Part shown: positions 19,727 to 29,717 of the stretch, piece after piece | Layout of the letters: each line of letters begins with the position of its first letter | Position numbering within the stretch: the stretch's first letter is position 1 | Assembly: GCA_963716175.1 (NCBI GenBank) | Contig: OY970296.1 | Location: 2,080,001 to 2,144,000, forward strand | DNA: 64,000 nt | DNA from: an uncultured Armatimonadetes bacterium | GTDB lineage: Bacteria > Armatimonadota > Hebobacteria > Hebobacterales > Hebobacteraceae | Reading direction: 5' to 3' | Translations under genes and position numbers: made by a program | Notes under the pieces: model-generated | Database searches by the model: none | Told to the model about the DNA's origin: nothing | What the model saw: the letters and a program-made list of their open reading frames with translations, nothing else

Positions 19727-21052
19727 ATGTACAAGATGGCAGGAGGCTTGACGGCATGCGTGCTGTTAGCGCTTGCCTTCGGCTGCGCATTCGCTGATGC
19801 GAGCGCAGCAGCGCCACGAAGGGCAGGAGCGGGCGTGGAGCTGGCAGAGCAGCAGATTCTGGCAGGCGCGGGTCAGCGCATCGAGAGACGGCGCAAGGCC
19901 GACGCGGCGGTCCGCGTGGTAGATGCGGAAGGCAAGCCCGTGGCCGGCGCTCGAGTGAAGGTCGAGCAGGTCAGCCACGAGTTCCTGTTCGGCTGCAACG
20001 CCTTCCCGGTGCTGGGCTACGACGACCCGAAGATGGAGGAAACGTACGAACGAGAGTTCAGCGCGCTTCTGAACTACGCGACGCTCGGGTTCTACTGGGG
20101 AGCGTATGAGTACGAGCAAGGCAGGCCTCAGGAGGCCCGGCTCAGGCGGCAGGCGGAATGGTGTCGCGATCACGGGCTCGCGACAAAGGGGCACCCGCTC
20201 GTGTGGCACGAGGTCTACCCCAACTGGGGGCCGTCTGATCCAGACGACACGCGGGAGCGGCTGCGCGCCCGCGTCAGCGAGATCGTGTCAGGATTCGCCG
20301 GCCTCATTGACCGCTGGGATGTCGTGAACGAGGCGACGGTGTCGGCGACTGTGGACAACGGGGTCGGCCACTGGGCGAAGCGCGACGGCGCGGCGGCAAT
20401 AGTGGCGGAATCGCTGCGATGGGCGCGAATGGCAAACCCATTGGCAACCCTGCTCTACAACGATTACAACATCGGGGCGGACTTCGAGAAGCTGGTGGCT
20501 AACCTGATCGCGGCCGGCGCGCCGCTTGATGCAATCGGCATTCAGAGTCACATGCACGGGGGCGAGTGGCCCGTCCCCAAGGTCTGGGAGACGTGCGAGA
20601 CCTATGCGCGGTTCGGCAAGCGGCTGCACTTCACCGAAGTCACGGTCCTTTCCGGAGAGCACGGCTGGAAGCGCAGCCCCTGGCCGACGACGCCGGAGGG
20701 CGAGGCGCTCCAGGCCGACTATGTGGAGAAGCTGTACACCGTGCTGTTTTCCCACCCGGCGGTCGAGGCTATCACTTGGTGGGATTTCATGGACGGCGGC
20801 TGGCAGGGCGCGCCCGCCGGCCTCGTGCATGCGGATCTGACACCGAAGCTGGTGTACGAGCGCCTGATGAAGCTGATCAAAGGGAAGTGGTGGACCAACC
20901 TGGAGACGCAGACCGAAGAGGCAGGCGTCGCTCGCTTCCGCGGGTTCCTCGGCCACTACTGCGTCACGGTCTCGACACCGGCCGGCGACATCGTGCGCGA
21001 GATGGACCTCAGGCGCAACACGGACAATACACTGACCATAGCCGCGACCTAG
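19727..21052 (+). CDS. GH10 endo-1,4-beta-xylanase family protein
   Basis: Signal peptide, KGHPLVWH, WDVVNE, LLYNDYN, IGIQSHMH, HFTE. Confidence 0.92.
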   Translation: MYKMAGGLTACVLLALAFGCAFADASAAAPRRAGAGVELAEQQILAGAGQRIERRRKADAAVRVVDAEGKPVAGARVKVEQVSHEFLFGCNAFPVLGYDDPKMEETYEREFSALLNYATLGFYWGAYEYEQGRPQEARLRRQAEWCRDHGLATKGHPLVWHEVYPNWGPSDPDDTRERLRARVSEIVSGFAGLIDRWDVVNEATVSATVDNGVGHWAKRDGAAAIVAESLRWARMANPLATLLYNDYNIGADFEKLVANLIAAGAPLDAIGIQSHMHGGEWPVPKVWETCETYARFGKRLHFTEVTVLSGEHGWKRSPWPTTPEGEALQADYVEKLYTVLFSHPAVEAITWWDFMDGGWQGAPAGLVHADLTPKLVYERLMKLIKGKWWTNLETQTEEAGVARFRGFLGHYCVTVSTPAGDIVREMDLRRNTDNTLTIAAT

Positions 21053-21113
21053 CGACTGAGGTCCACCGCCTGGCTGCAGGGCCTCCTTACCCCGCTCTGA
21101 ACCTGCGACCTCG

Positions 21114-21205
21114 TGTCCGTGTCAGCCGCCCGTGAGGCCGTCCCAGAGCGCCCCCAGCTCCGGCTACCTCTCCGGCCTAGGACCACTGCCGGGCAACAGC
21201 GCGTC
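21114..21205 (+). repeat. Left-half copy of the dispersed element
   Basis: tgtccgtgtcagccgcccgtgaggcc...cccccagctccggctacc aligns with 17815-17870. Confidence 0.7.
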
Positions 21206-21372
21206 TGGCAGCGATGCCCTGTTGCTCTGTCGCAAGTCCCACGAAGATGGGACCCGCCCCTAGGACCGTGGGCTCATTCGCCCCTGAGTCGCCGATGGTA
21301 TGGTATGCGCAGCGCCCAGTTGGCGCCCAGACCCGAATGCCGAGATCCACCCGGGTCAAGGGAGAAGCATCA

Positions 21373-22395
21373 ATGGCTGAGCACGAGCCGTCCGGCGAGC
21401 AGCACTCGGTAGGAAGCGCGGCACCAGGCCCCAGGCTACGCGCCATCGCCTGGTGGCGGTTCGGGGTTGCTGGCGCAGCGCTGGTTGTGATGGCCCTTCT
21501 GACGCTGTGGGGCTGGCGCGAGGCGCAGAAGGGGTGCATGTCGGGTCTTGCGCTCTTGGCAGCGCTCCTGGTGGACGCGGTCCTTCTGCCCTCCTTCGTG
21601 CTTCCGTCGTTGGTCATCGCCTGGCGCCTTCCCCGGCGCCCCCGCCCGGCAGTCCGGCTGGCCCTCCTTCACGATCTGGTGATAGTGATTGTCTCGGTTC
21701 TGGTGGTCATCTCCCTCTTGCGCCAACCCTGGGGATGGGAGCCGCTGGGACTGCTTAGGGACTCCGCCCCCTGGGTGGGACTCGGCCTCGTCTTTGGGGC
21801 CGAGGGCGGATACCTTCTGCGTGCGGTGGTGAGGTGGCGACCGGCCTGGCCCGCTTACGGGCTCCTCGCTGCTGGCCTGGTCGCGGCAGTCACGGTCATT
21901 CCGAGGGTCGTCCATGCCCAACGGGCGCGACACGTCCGGCCGCTCCTCGCCTACATGAACGCTCACTGGGTCAAAGTCCCACCCAGCGCTCGCCTGAGGC
22001 TGGGAGGACGCAGCACCGGCCCCGGCACACACACAGACTACATCTCGGTACAGGGGCAGGACACCTTCTGGCATGTCTCGGCCGAACACGGTCGCGACGG
22101 ACGGTGGGCATTCCCCGTGCCTCACAAGATCGATTTCCCCACGTTTTCAGGCGGCCCCTACCCAGGCACTTCAGGGCGCGTCTCATCCTTCGATCAGGCG
22201 AAGGCGCTGTTGCTACGGTGCGGTGTGGCGGATCCGGGTCTCCGCCCAAAGCGAGTGATCACAGGCAGCGTCGCCGAGTACGAGCTCTGGTCGCCGCTGG
22301 GCCAGGGATACTATCGGGTGACCCAGGCCGTCTACATCAGGTTCTTCCTCCAACACCCGCTGACGGTGCCGTCGCGTCCGCCTGGGACAGCATGA
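21373..22395 (+). CDS. Hypothetical membrane protein (about 5 N-terminal TM helices plus a soluble C-terminal domain)
   Basis: Hydrophobic segments in the first half; RBS ggaga. Confidence 0.6.
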   Translation: MAEHEPSGEQHSVGSAAPGPRLRAIAWWRFGVAGAALVVMALLTLWGWREAQKGCMSGLALLAALLVDAVLLPSFVLPSLVIAWRLPRRPRPAVRLALLHDLVIVIVSVLVVISLLRQPWGWEPLGLLRDSAPWVGLGLVFGAEGGYLLRAVVRWRPAWPAYGLLAAGLVAAVTVIPRVVHAQRARHVRPLLAYMNAHWVKVPPSARLRLGGRSTGPGTHTDYISVQGQDTFWHVSAEHGRDGRWAFPVPHKIDFPTFSGGPYPGTSGRVSSFDQAKALLLRCGVADPGLRPKRVITGSVAEYELWSPLGQGYYRVTQAVYIRFFLQHPLTVPSRPPGTA

Positions 22396-22481
22396 CCTCT
22401 GGGCATTCCAGACTGGGAGCAGCAGTCAGTGCTATCGCGGCGACTGCCACAGGACGAGCCGCGAGCTGCACCAACCTCCGA

Positions 22482-23151
22482 CTAGAGCGCGCAGCGATTC
22501 GCCGGCAGATCGGCAACCTGGGCCTGCAGATCCTCGACCTCCAGGTGGGTGTAACGCTGGGTTGTCGTCACCCAGGCGTGGCCCAGCAACTCCTGCACCG
22601 CCCGGAGATTGGGCCGGGCGCGTAGGGCGTGGGTGGCGAATGCGCCAGAGGCGCATGAAGGTGTGGCGCAGCAGGTGGGGGCCGGAGCGATCGGTGATGC
22701 CGGCCGCCCGCAGATCCCGATTCACCAACAGCGCAACGCCGCGTACGCAGAAGCGGTGCCCGCTGCGATTCAGAATGAGTGCGGGCTCAGTACCCTCGCG
22801 GTCTGAGAGATAGGCCAGCAGCGCGTCGGCGGCGGGGCGGTTGATGGGCAGCCGACATAGCCTCCGCCCTTTGCCCACCACCTGCAGGGCGCCCCAACCC
22901 TCGGCGGGCAGGCGCAGGTCCTCCCTGCTCAGGGCGCACAGTTCCCCCACTCGCAGACCGGTGTTGTAGAGCAGCATCAGGATGGCGCGGTCCCGCCGGC
23001 CCGTGGGCGTATCGGGGGAGGGCAGGGAGAGCAGGCGCTGGACCTCCTCGACCGTGAGATGCTTGGGCGCCAGCGATGGACCGAGGCGGATGGAGCGCAG
23101 CGCCTGCGCGGGGTTGGTCTCCAGTCGGCCTTCTTCAAAGAGGAAGCGGCA
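22482..23151 (-). pseudogene. XerC/D-like tyrosine recombinase, N-terminally truncated, interrupted by a 19-nt hairpin insertion (22638-22656)
   Basis: RDRAILMLLYNTGLRVGEL, VVGKG, HLLRHTF then shifted ATHALR...[17 protein letters not shown]; 3' end approximate. Confidence 0.9.
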
Positions 23152-23448
23152 GGCCGAACGATCCGTGGTACTCGGTTTCGCGCAGCATCGCCTCGTGGGT
23201 GGCCCGCACCATCGTCGGGTCGGTTCCGAGCGCCACCGGCGCGAGCTCGCGCTCGACCAGCGCCGCCAACGTCTCCGGCCCGCCCACGATGCGGCCGAAG
23301 TACACATCTCCTCGCCCCGCGATCCCCTCGTCGGTCTCGATGCGCACCTCCACCGTCCCCGCGCCCCCCAGCACCTGCAGTGCATCGCGAAGGGGGTCAG
23401 GGGCGGGGGACGGGGGTGAGGCACGGCGTTGATCTTCGTGACCTTCAT
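23152..23448 (-). pseudogene. N-terminal fragment of a mandelate racemase/muconate lactonizing enzyme family gene
   Basis: MKVTKI...VEVRIETDEGIAGRG...LAPVALGTDP; RBS ggagg; fused to the recombinase fragment. Confidence 0.7.
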
Positions 23449-23752
23449 CTCCCAGTTCCTCCCAACGCAGCCCCCAGCGCTCGACCATCGTGATGTACTG
23501 AAACTGATCTGGGGGTTTCTTCGGCAGGTGCCGAGCGGGACCTGCCCTCTCGCGTGGTTGGTGGGCCAGGTTTCGGATGGCTCCCACGTCGCCATGGTGA
23601 GCCCCGCAACGCCACGCCAGGCGCGCAGCTGCGGCGCCAGATGATGTCGCGGGCTCACAACTCCATCAAGCTGCGAGGCGGCAGAAGTCGTTGATCAGGC
23701 CGTCGAGTGCCGGCCGGGCAACGATCTTGCCCTCGCACGGATACGCGTCCGG

Positions 23753-23933
23753 TGTCCTCTCTAGAAGCTCCATCCTGGCGCCGCGACCGGAGGCGCGGGT
23801 CCATTAGAGCAGGAGATGGGGGTCGAGCAGGGTTGATGCCCATCACGCGGAAGCATCCCAAACGACGGCCCCGGGCACCCCCGGCTCCGGCTACCCCCTC
23901 GGCTGGGAGGCAATGTCCGGCGTCCTGTCACCA
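23753..23933 (+). repeat. Copy of the dispersed element family
   Basis: 23753-23815 matches 673-735; 23864-23933 matches 9501-9570. Confidence 0.7.
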
Positions 23934-24254
23934 ATGATGAACAGCGCCGGCGCTGATACGGGATGCGACCCTCCCTCGGTTAGCCCGCTCGCCGGGTGCT
24001 CGACGGCAGGCCCCTTCCTCGGCACGCAGACCGAAGTTCCAGCCCCTTCCACGTGTAGCTATCGTCCAGGGACGTGGCGGAGTGCCCATCAGACACCGGA
24101 GCATGCCCCCACGCTAACGTTGGGGCGGTTCTGGGGTGCAGTAACCACTTCGCACGCGCCCTTGTTCGGCAGTCCTGAACTCCTACAGCGGGATGCGCCT
24201 GGAGGGAGCCACCTGCCCTCAGCGAAGTGGGCAGGTGGGGCGGAGGGAGGTCCC

Positions 24255-25430
24255 ATGGCAGCACGCGATGATAGCTATGATGTCCTGGTCTGCGGGGGCG
24301 GCATCGCAGGCGTGGCCGCCGCGCTGGAGGCGGCGAGGTCGGGTCAGCGCACCGCGCTGCTGGAGAAGACGATCCTCCTCGGCGGCCTCGCCACTGCGGG
24401 CCTGATCTGGGGTTATCCTCCCCTCTACGACGCCAATGGCACCAAGGTCACCGCCGGTCTGGCGGAGGAACTGCTGCAACTGGCGTGCCGTTACGGGCCA
24501 GGCGGCACCGATCCCTCTCGCCTGGGCGTGGACTGGACTATCTTCTCGCCGGCGGCCTTCGTCCTCGCCCTGGACGAAGCGCTGCTGGGGGCGGGGGTGG
24601 AGATCTGGTTGGACACCCTCGTCTGCCAGCCGGTGATGGAGGGGAACTGTGTCAGGGGCGTGGAGGCAGAGACAAAGGCCGGCCGGGTTACGCTCACGGC
24701 GCGCGTCATCATCGATGCCACTGGCGACGCTGACATCGCCCACCGGTCCGGGGCAGCGTGCGTGACGGCTGGCAATCTCATGGCGATGTGGGCACTCCAG
24801 GCATCCCTGGCGCGCGCTCGTCAGGCGGTTGAGAAGCAGGATGGCGCTCAGGTGATGGAGATGCTCATCCTCGGAGACAGCCTCCTCGACCGAGAAGCCT
24901 GGAAGAGGGCCAAAACGTGGACCGGCCTAGACGCGCGGGGTGTGACCGCCTTCGTGCTGGCCGGTCGCCGCCTGCTGCGCGAGCGGATCGCCGAGGCGCA
25001 GTCCTCGGGCGCCCGAAGCGACCAGTACCCGCTCATGCTGCCCGCACTGGCTCAGTTCCGGACCACGCGGCGGATCGTGGGCCGCGCCACCATAGCGCCA
25101 GGAGAGCACGACCGGCCGCGGCCGGACTCCATCGGAATGGTGGCGGACTGGCGGGCGCCAGAGCATGTGTGGGAGATCCCCTACGGCGCGCTGGTTCCTG
25201 ATGGGGTCCGCGGCCTGCTCGTCGCCGGACGCTGTATCGCCACTGAAGAGGACCCGTGGGAAGCCACCCGGGTAATCACTCCGGTGGCGGTGACCGGACA
25301 GGCGGCCGGCCTAGCGGCAGCACTGGCGGTGGCGCAAGGCGTGAGCCCCAGCGATGTGCCCGCCGACGCTATCCAGGCACAACTCGAGGCGCGGGGTATT
25401 CCCTACCACCGAAGTGGACCTGGCCGTTAA
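24255..25430 (+). CDS. FAD-dependent oxidoreductase
   Basis: YDVLVCGGGIAGVAAA, LGGLATAG, IDATGDADIA, IPYGALVP, LLVAGRCI, TGQAAG. Confidence 0.9.
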   Translation: MAARDDSYDVLVCGGGIAGVAAALEAARSGQRTALLEKTILLGGLATAGLIWGYPPLYDANGTKVTAGLAEELLQLACRYGPGGTDPSRLGVDWTIFSPAAFVLALDEALLGAGVEIWLDTLVCQPVMEGNCVRGVEAETKAGRVTLTARVIIDATGDADIAHRSGAACVTAGNLMAMWALQASLARARQAVEKQDGAQVMEMLILGDSLLDREAWKRAKTWTGLDARGVTAFVLAGRRLLRERIAEAQSSGARSDQYPLMLPALAQFRTTRRIVGRATIAPGEHDRPRPDSIGMVADWRAPEHVWEIPYGALVPDGVRGLLVAGRCIATEEDPWEATRVITPVAVTGQAAGLAAALAVAQGVSPSDVPADAIQAQLEARGIPYHRSGPGR

Positions 25431-25569
25431 GGGCGGCGGCGTGCGGCTCAAGCTCGTGTGCATCATCCATGCCCCGTCCGCGCGTCCCGGGCTTCGGCCT
25501 CTGGCCGCCCGGTGGGGCAGGCACACACGATGGCACGGTGAGTTCAGTAGATGGTGAGGCCCGCCCGGT

Positions 25570-25863
25570 CGCATCCTCTGCCGCCGCCATTCTGAATCCT
25601 CTATGCCTCCCAGCACAGGTGTATCGACGAGGGGAGAGAATGCCACGAGAGAGGCTGCACGAGCACCCTGGGAGCTGGATGAGTTTCTGGACATGACGCG
25701 AGGCATGGCAGGGGACGAGTGCCGGAGGCCCTGCCCAGTCCGATCCCCGATCGCATCTCCGCCCATCCTCGGCGTCTCCCAGCACAGGGGTGTCAGCGAG
25801 TGCAGAGAAGAGCACGACTGAGGCTAGGCTAGCGCCTTGGGGGACAGATAGGGTTCTGGACAG
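25570..25863 (+). repeat. Two tandem right-half copies of the dispersed element (about 25570-25693 and 25745-25862)
   Basis: ctcccagcacagg...gagaa...gaggct...gat(g/a)(a/g)g(t/g)ttctggaca twice. Confidence 0.7.
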
Positions 25864-25941
25864 AATGCGGTCCAGATCCCGCCCCCGGTGCGCTCGGACC
25901 AGAGCCTGCTCATTCTCGGAGTCTGGCGTGCCCGAGCTCAC

Positions 25942-26712
25942 ATGATCGACGCGGTGGTGTTGGCCGGCGGAGTAGACAAGGGCGACATCGCGGCCGGATT
26001 GGGCGTTGTCCACCGTCCTCTACTCGAGGTTGGCGGGCAGCCGATCGTTGAGCGCGTCCTCGGCGCCCTGCGGGGCGCCGCAGAAGTTGGCAAGGTTGCC
26101 CTGGTGGCGCCGCTCCCGGTGCAGGCTGCCGCCTCCGAGGAGGCGGTTGATGCCCGCGTTGTAGCCGGCGATAGCTATGTCGATAACATGGCTCGGGGAG
26201 TAGAGGCGACCAGCCCGGGCAGCGACCACCTGCTGATCATCACCGGCGATCTGCCTCTGATCACCCCGGCTGCTATAGACGACTTTGTGCGCCAATCGCT
26301 GGCTTCGCGCGCCGTGCTCTGTTACGCGATCATCCCGAAGGAGTCATCGGAGCGGCAGTTCCCGGGAGGCCAGCGGACCTACGTTCGCTTGCGCGAGGGT
26401 ACCTTTACAGGCGGCAACGCCATCGTAGTCACGCGCGACTTCGTCGAGCTGCACCGTCATCTCCTCGACCACCTCTTCGCGGTGCGCAAGAACCCGCTCA
26501 AGATGGCCTCGCTGCTCGGGGTTGGGTTCATCGTTGGGCTCCTCACTCACCGGCTCACATTGCCTCACATCGAAGCTCGCGTCGGCGCCATACTCGGCGC
26601 CCGGGCCGCCGCCGTCATCAGCACCTACCCGGAGCTGGGCTTCGATGTGGACAAGCTCGACGACCTCTACCTCTCCCGCCGCGTCGCCGACTCGTTCGAC
26701 TCGCGCCTCTGA
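25942..26712 (+). CDS. MobA-like nucleotidyltransferase family protein
   Basis: DAVVLAGG, LLIITGDLPLIT, RTYVRLREGTFTGGN, FDVDK. Confidence 0.85.
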   Translation: MIDAVVLAGGVDKGDIAAGLGVVHRPLLEVGGQPIVERVLGALRGAAEVGKVALVAPLPVQAAASEEAVDARVVAGDSYVDNMARGVEATSPGSDHLLIITGDLPLITPAAIDDFVRQSLASRAVLCYAIIPKESSERQFPGGQRTYVRLREGTFTGGNAIVVTRDFVELHRHLLDHLFAVRKNPLKMASLLGVGFIVGLLTHRLTLPHIEARVGAILGARAAAVISTYPELGFDVDKLDDLYLSRRVADSFDSRL

Positions 26713-26771
26713 GCCATCCCTAGTATTCCTGAGTATCTCGCAGCGCGCCTCGCGGTGAGGTGCCGTGCGCT

Positions 26772-27650
26772 CTACTGAATCCCGACGAAGAGGCGGAGGT
26801 AGTAATATGCGAACGGGCCGTTGGCCAGCAGACTGTCGAAGTGGTCCAGCACGCCGCCGTGTCCAGGCAGGATCGATCCCGAGTCCTTAACACCCGCCCA
26901 GCGCTTCAGCTTCGACTCCGCCAGATCGCCAAGCTGCCCAACCACACCCAGCGCGCATCCCAATGTCAATGCATGCCCGGTGGACAGACCGAGCCAGCGG
27001 CCGAGCCAGAGCGTAACCAGGGCCGAGGCGAACAGGCCCCCGAGGCTCCCCTCTATGGTCTTGCCCGGGCTCACGCTCGGCCAGAGCTTGTGCCTGCCCA
27101 CCATCTTGCCAACACCTAAGGCGGCACTATCGGTCGTCCAGCAGACGGCTACCACTAGGGCGAGCCAGCCCACACCCTGCGGAACCGAGATGCCTGCCAG
27201 CGCGAAGAAGCCGTGGGGCTCAAGGTACCGCAGGTAGATCAGGTGGCTGAACAGACCTGGAAGCAGCAGGGAGCCGACGAGGCCGACCGAGATGGTTGGC
27301 CACACTGCGTTGCGCGGGGCCGGTGCAGAACCGCGGCTGCGGGGCGCAAGCAACGCTATTAGCAGCGCAGAGGCGACCAGAAACCCGGTAAGGGGCGTCT
27401 CCGCGCGGGCAAGCGCAATCGCCGGGGCAAGCGCGGCGACGATATACCCGGGCCAGCGGATCCAGCCGGGCACATGGAAGGGAGCCGAAGGGCCCTCTGG
27501 CTGAGGGCCTACAGCTAGCTGATAGAACTCCCGCAGCCCAGGCACCACAAGGAGGACTACGAATGCGGTCAGCGGCCAGCTACCCAGATAGATCACCGCA
27601 AGTTCGATCGGTATGGCAACTGCAGCTGTCAGAAGTCTGTACCGGAGCAT
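26772..27650 (-). CDS. cdsA: Phosphatidate cytidylyltransferase
   Basis: SPGKTIEG, GDLAESKLKRWAGVKDSGSILPGHGGVLDHFDS. Confidence 0.93.
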   Translation of the reverse strand: MLRYRLLTAAVAIPIELAVIYLGSWPLTAFVVLLVVPGLREFYQLAVGPQPEGPSAPFHVPGWIRWPGYIVAALAPAIALARAETPLTGFLVASALLIALLAPRSRGSAPAPRNAVWPTISVGLVGSLLLPGLFSHLIYLRYLEPHGFFALAGISVPQGVGWLALVVAVCWTTDSAALGVGKMVGRHKLWPSVSPGKTIEGSLGGLFASALVTLWLGRWLGLSTGHALTLGCALGVVGQLGDLAESKLKRWAGVKDSGSILPGHGGVLDHFDSLLANGPFAYYYLRLFVGIQ

Positions 27651-27720
27651 CTGCTCGGCCCTCCCCCTAGCAGTCGCTTCACTCACTACCATCCAGGGTT
27701 TGGGTGGTAGCGGCCCGTAG

Positions 27721-27987
27721 TGTACCAGAACCAATCTGAGGTATCCACGAAGCCAGGCCCTCTGCTCCTGGGCGCCCCCGGGGTCGAATTCTCGCCACTA
27801 CTGCGACATCATCCAGCCCATGTTCCGGCGTGTGATGATAGGCTGTTCCTTCCCTCTGCCTGAGGTCTGGGCTCGTGTTCCGTGGCGAGCGGCTCCGCGC
27901 ATCCTTGAACAGGAGCACCAATGATCGTCCAGGATCCCATGACCTGCGCTCCTGTGGCGCTCCGGGAGGCGGGTGAGTCCCTGGACA
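27721..27987 (-). repeat. Inverted, degenerate copy of the dispersed element
   Basis: Begins tgtaccagaaccaatctg (reverse complement of the family right end) and ends gagtccctggaca. Confidence 0.45.
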
Positions 27988-28217
27988 CTGCGCGCGGATC
28001 AAGAGGGCGGTGGATCGAGTTCTGCCGGCGCCCATGGGCACTCCTCCATGCAGATCCTCCGGTTTCGCCTGCCAGGCCCGTTTGCCCCTCGCCGACAAGG
28101 ACAGGTCCCGGGAAAACAGGTCCGGTGCCTGGGACTTCTGGCCTTGCAAGGCAAGCCTCGCCTGAGGCACAATTGGCCGTGAGAACAGATGGTGAGTCGG
28201 AAGGGAGGTGACATCCG

Positions 28218-29189
28218 ATGACAGACGCTAGGCAGGGACCGCAGGACCGGTTGCGCATCGTGAGCGTCAGCCTGGGCTCATCGAAGCGCAATCACTCGGT
28301 CGACGTGGAGATGCTGGGCCGGCGGCTGAAGATCGAACGCATTGGAGTTGACGGCGACTACGAGAAGGGGTGTGCGACGATCGCCGAACTCGACGGCAAG
28401 GTGGCGGCCATAGGTCTGGGTGGGACGGACCTCTACCTGGTGGCGGGGGGAAAGCGATATGTGATCGAGCAGTCGCGGCGGCTGGCCGAGTCGGCCACGA
28501 CGACGCCCGTGGTGGACGGCAGCGGCCTGAAAAACACTCTGGAGCGGGAGACGATCCGCTGGCTCGCAGAGACCGGGGCGCTGGAGTTGGCGGGAAGAAA
28601 GGTGCTGCTGGTCAGCGCGGTCGATCGGTTCGGCATGGCGGAGGCATTCGTGGAAGCCAGGTGCGATGTGATCTTCGGCGACCTGATCTTCGCCCTCGGG
28701 TTGCCGGCGCCGGTCCGTTCACTGCGCAGCATCAGCGTCCTCGCCGCCCTCTTCCTGCCCATCGTAAGGCGGCTGCCGATCAGCATGATCTATCCGACCG
28801 GAGAGAAGCAGGAAAGCGGGAAGCCGAAGCACACGAGGTTCTTCCATTGGGCGGAGATCGTGGCCGGGGATTTCCACTATATCCGCAGATGCATGCCGCC
28901 GCGGATGGATGGCAAGACGATCATCACGAACACGACGACCGCGGATGACATAGCGATGCTGCGCGATCGCGGCGTGAGCATGTTGATCACGACGACCCCG
29001 GAGTTCGCCGGCCGCTCGTTCGGGACGAATGTGATGGAGGCGGCGCTGATCGCTCTCTCCGGCAAGCGCCCGGAGGATATGCAGCCCGGTGATTACCTCA
29101 GCCTCCTGCACCAGCTCGGCTGGCAGCCGCGGGTAGTCTCTCTGGCGGAAGCGGCGCCTGTGGTCGAGCCAAGGGAGAGCCGGAGATGA
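28218..29189 (+). CDS. Conserved protein (family often annotated quinate 5-dehydrogenase)
   Basis: VSVSLGSSKRNH, VVDGSGLKNTLER, GRSFGTNVMEA; RBS ggaggtg. Confidence 0.65.
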   Translation: MTDARQGPQDRLRIVSVSLGSSKRNHSVDVEMLGRRLKIERIGVDGDYEKGCATIAELDGKVAAIGLGGTDLYLVAGGKRYVIEQSRRLAESATTTPVVDGSGLKNTLERETIRWLAETGALELAGRKVLLVSAVDRFGMAEAFVEARCDVIFGDLIFALGLPAPVRSLRSISVLAALFLPIVRRLPISMIYPTGEKQESGKPKHTRFFHWAEIVAGDFHYIRRCMPPRMDGKTIITNTTTADDIAMLRDRGVSMLITTTPEFAGRSFGTNVMEAALIALSGKRPEDMQPGDYLSLLHQLGWQPRVVSLAEAAPVVEPRESRR

Positions 29190-29695
29190 TGGCCACGCCC
29201 CACATGGTGGTTGGTGCCGCCATTGGGCACGCCCTCGCCCGCCCGTGGCTGGCATATCCGGCGGCGTTCCCCAGTCACTTCCAGCCCGACCTGGTGCCTC
29301 ACCTCGACTCCCACGCCCTGTTCGGAGTCGAGCACGGCGGACCAACACACCTGGAGGCCGCCGCGGGCGGTACTGACTCCCTGATCGGGGCGGTCGCTGT
29401 GGGCCTCGTCGCCGCGAGACAGCCCCCGCGTCGTGTGATGGTGGGCGGCGCGCTCTTCGGCATCCTGATGGACCTCGGGGGATACATCCCGCCGTCTGGC
29501 ACATGGTTTCAGAACTGGGCCGGCACCGCATGGCTCACAGGATTCCATCACCGCATCCAGCATAACCTCACTCCGGCTCACTGGCCGGTGGGGGCCGGAA
29601 CGCAGGCGGCCACAGCGGCAGTGGCGCTCGCGATCTGCCCTCTCCAGAGACCGCGCACAGAGGTAGCTGCCGACAGGTGGACGGTGGCCCTCTGA
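29186..29695 (+). CDS. Hypothetical membrane protein with conserved His residues
   Basis: TPHMVVGAAIG...SHF..D.VPH.D...FHH; overlaps the upstream stop (ATGA). Confidence 0.65.
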   Translation: MMATPHMVVGAAIGHALARPWLAYPAAFPSHFQPDLVPHLDSHALFGVEHGGPTHLEAAAGGTDSLIGAVAVGLVAARQPPRRVMVGGALFGILMDLGGYIPPSGTWFQNWAGTAWLTGFHHRIQHNLTPAHWPVGAGTQAATAAVALAICPLQRPRTEVAADRWTVAL

Positions 29696-29717
29696 ACTGA
29701 TCCGCAGGAGGTCGGTA

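Noticed and set aside
22432-23658. 408-aa ORF as a novel recombinase fusion protein
   Set aside because: Its N-terminal part is an off-frame reading of the racemase fragment and its C-terminal part is off-frame after the 19-nt insert
9501-25863. CRISPR array interpretation of the recurring CACCCCCGGCTCCGGCT motif
   Set aside because: Copies are kilobases apart and degenerate, have no regular spacers, and no cas genes are present
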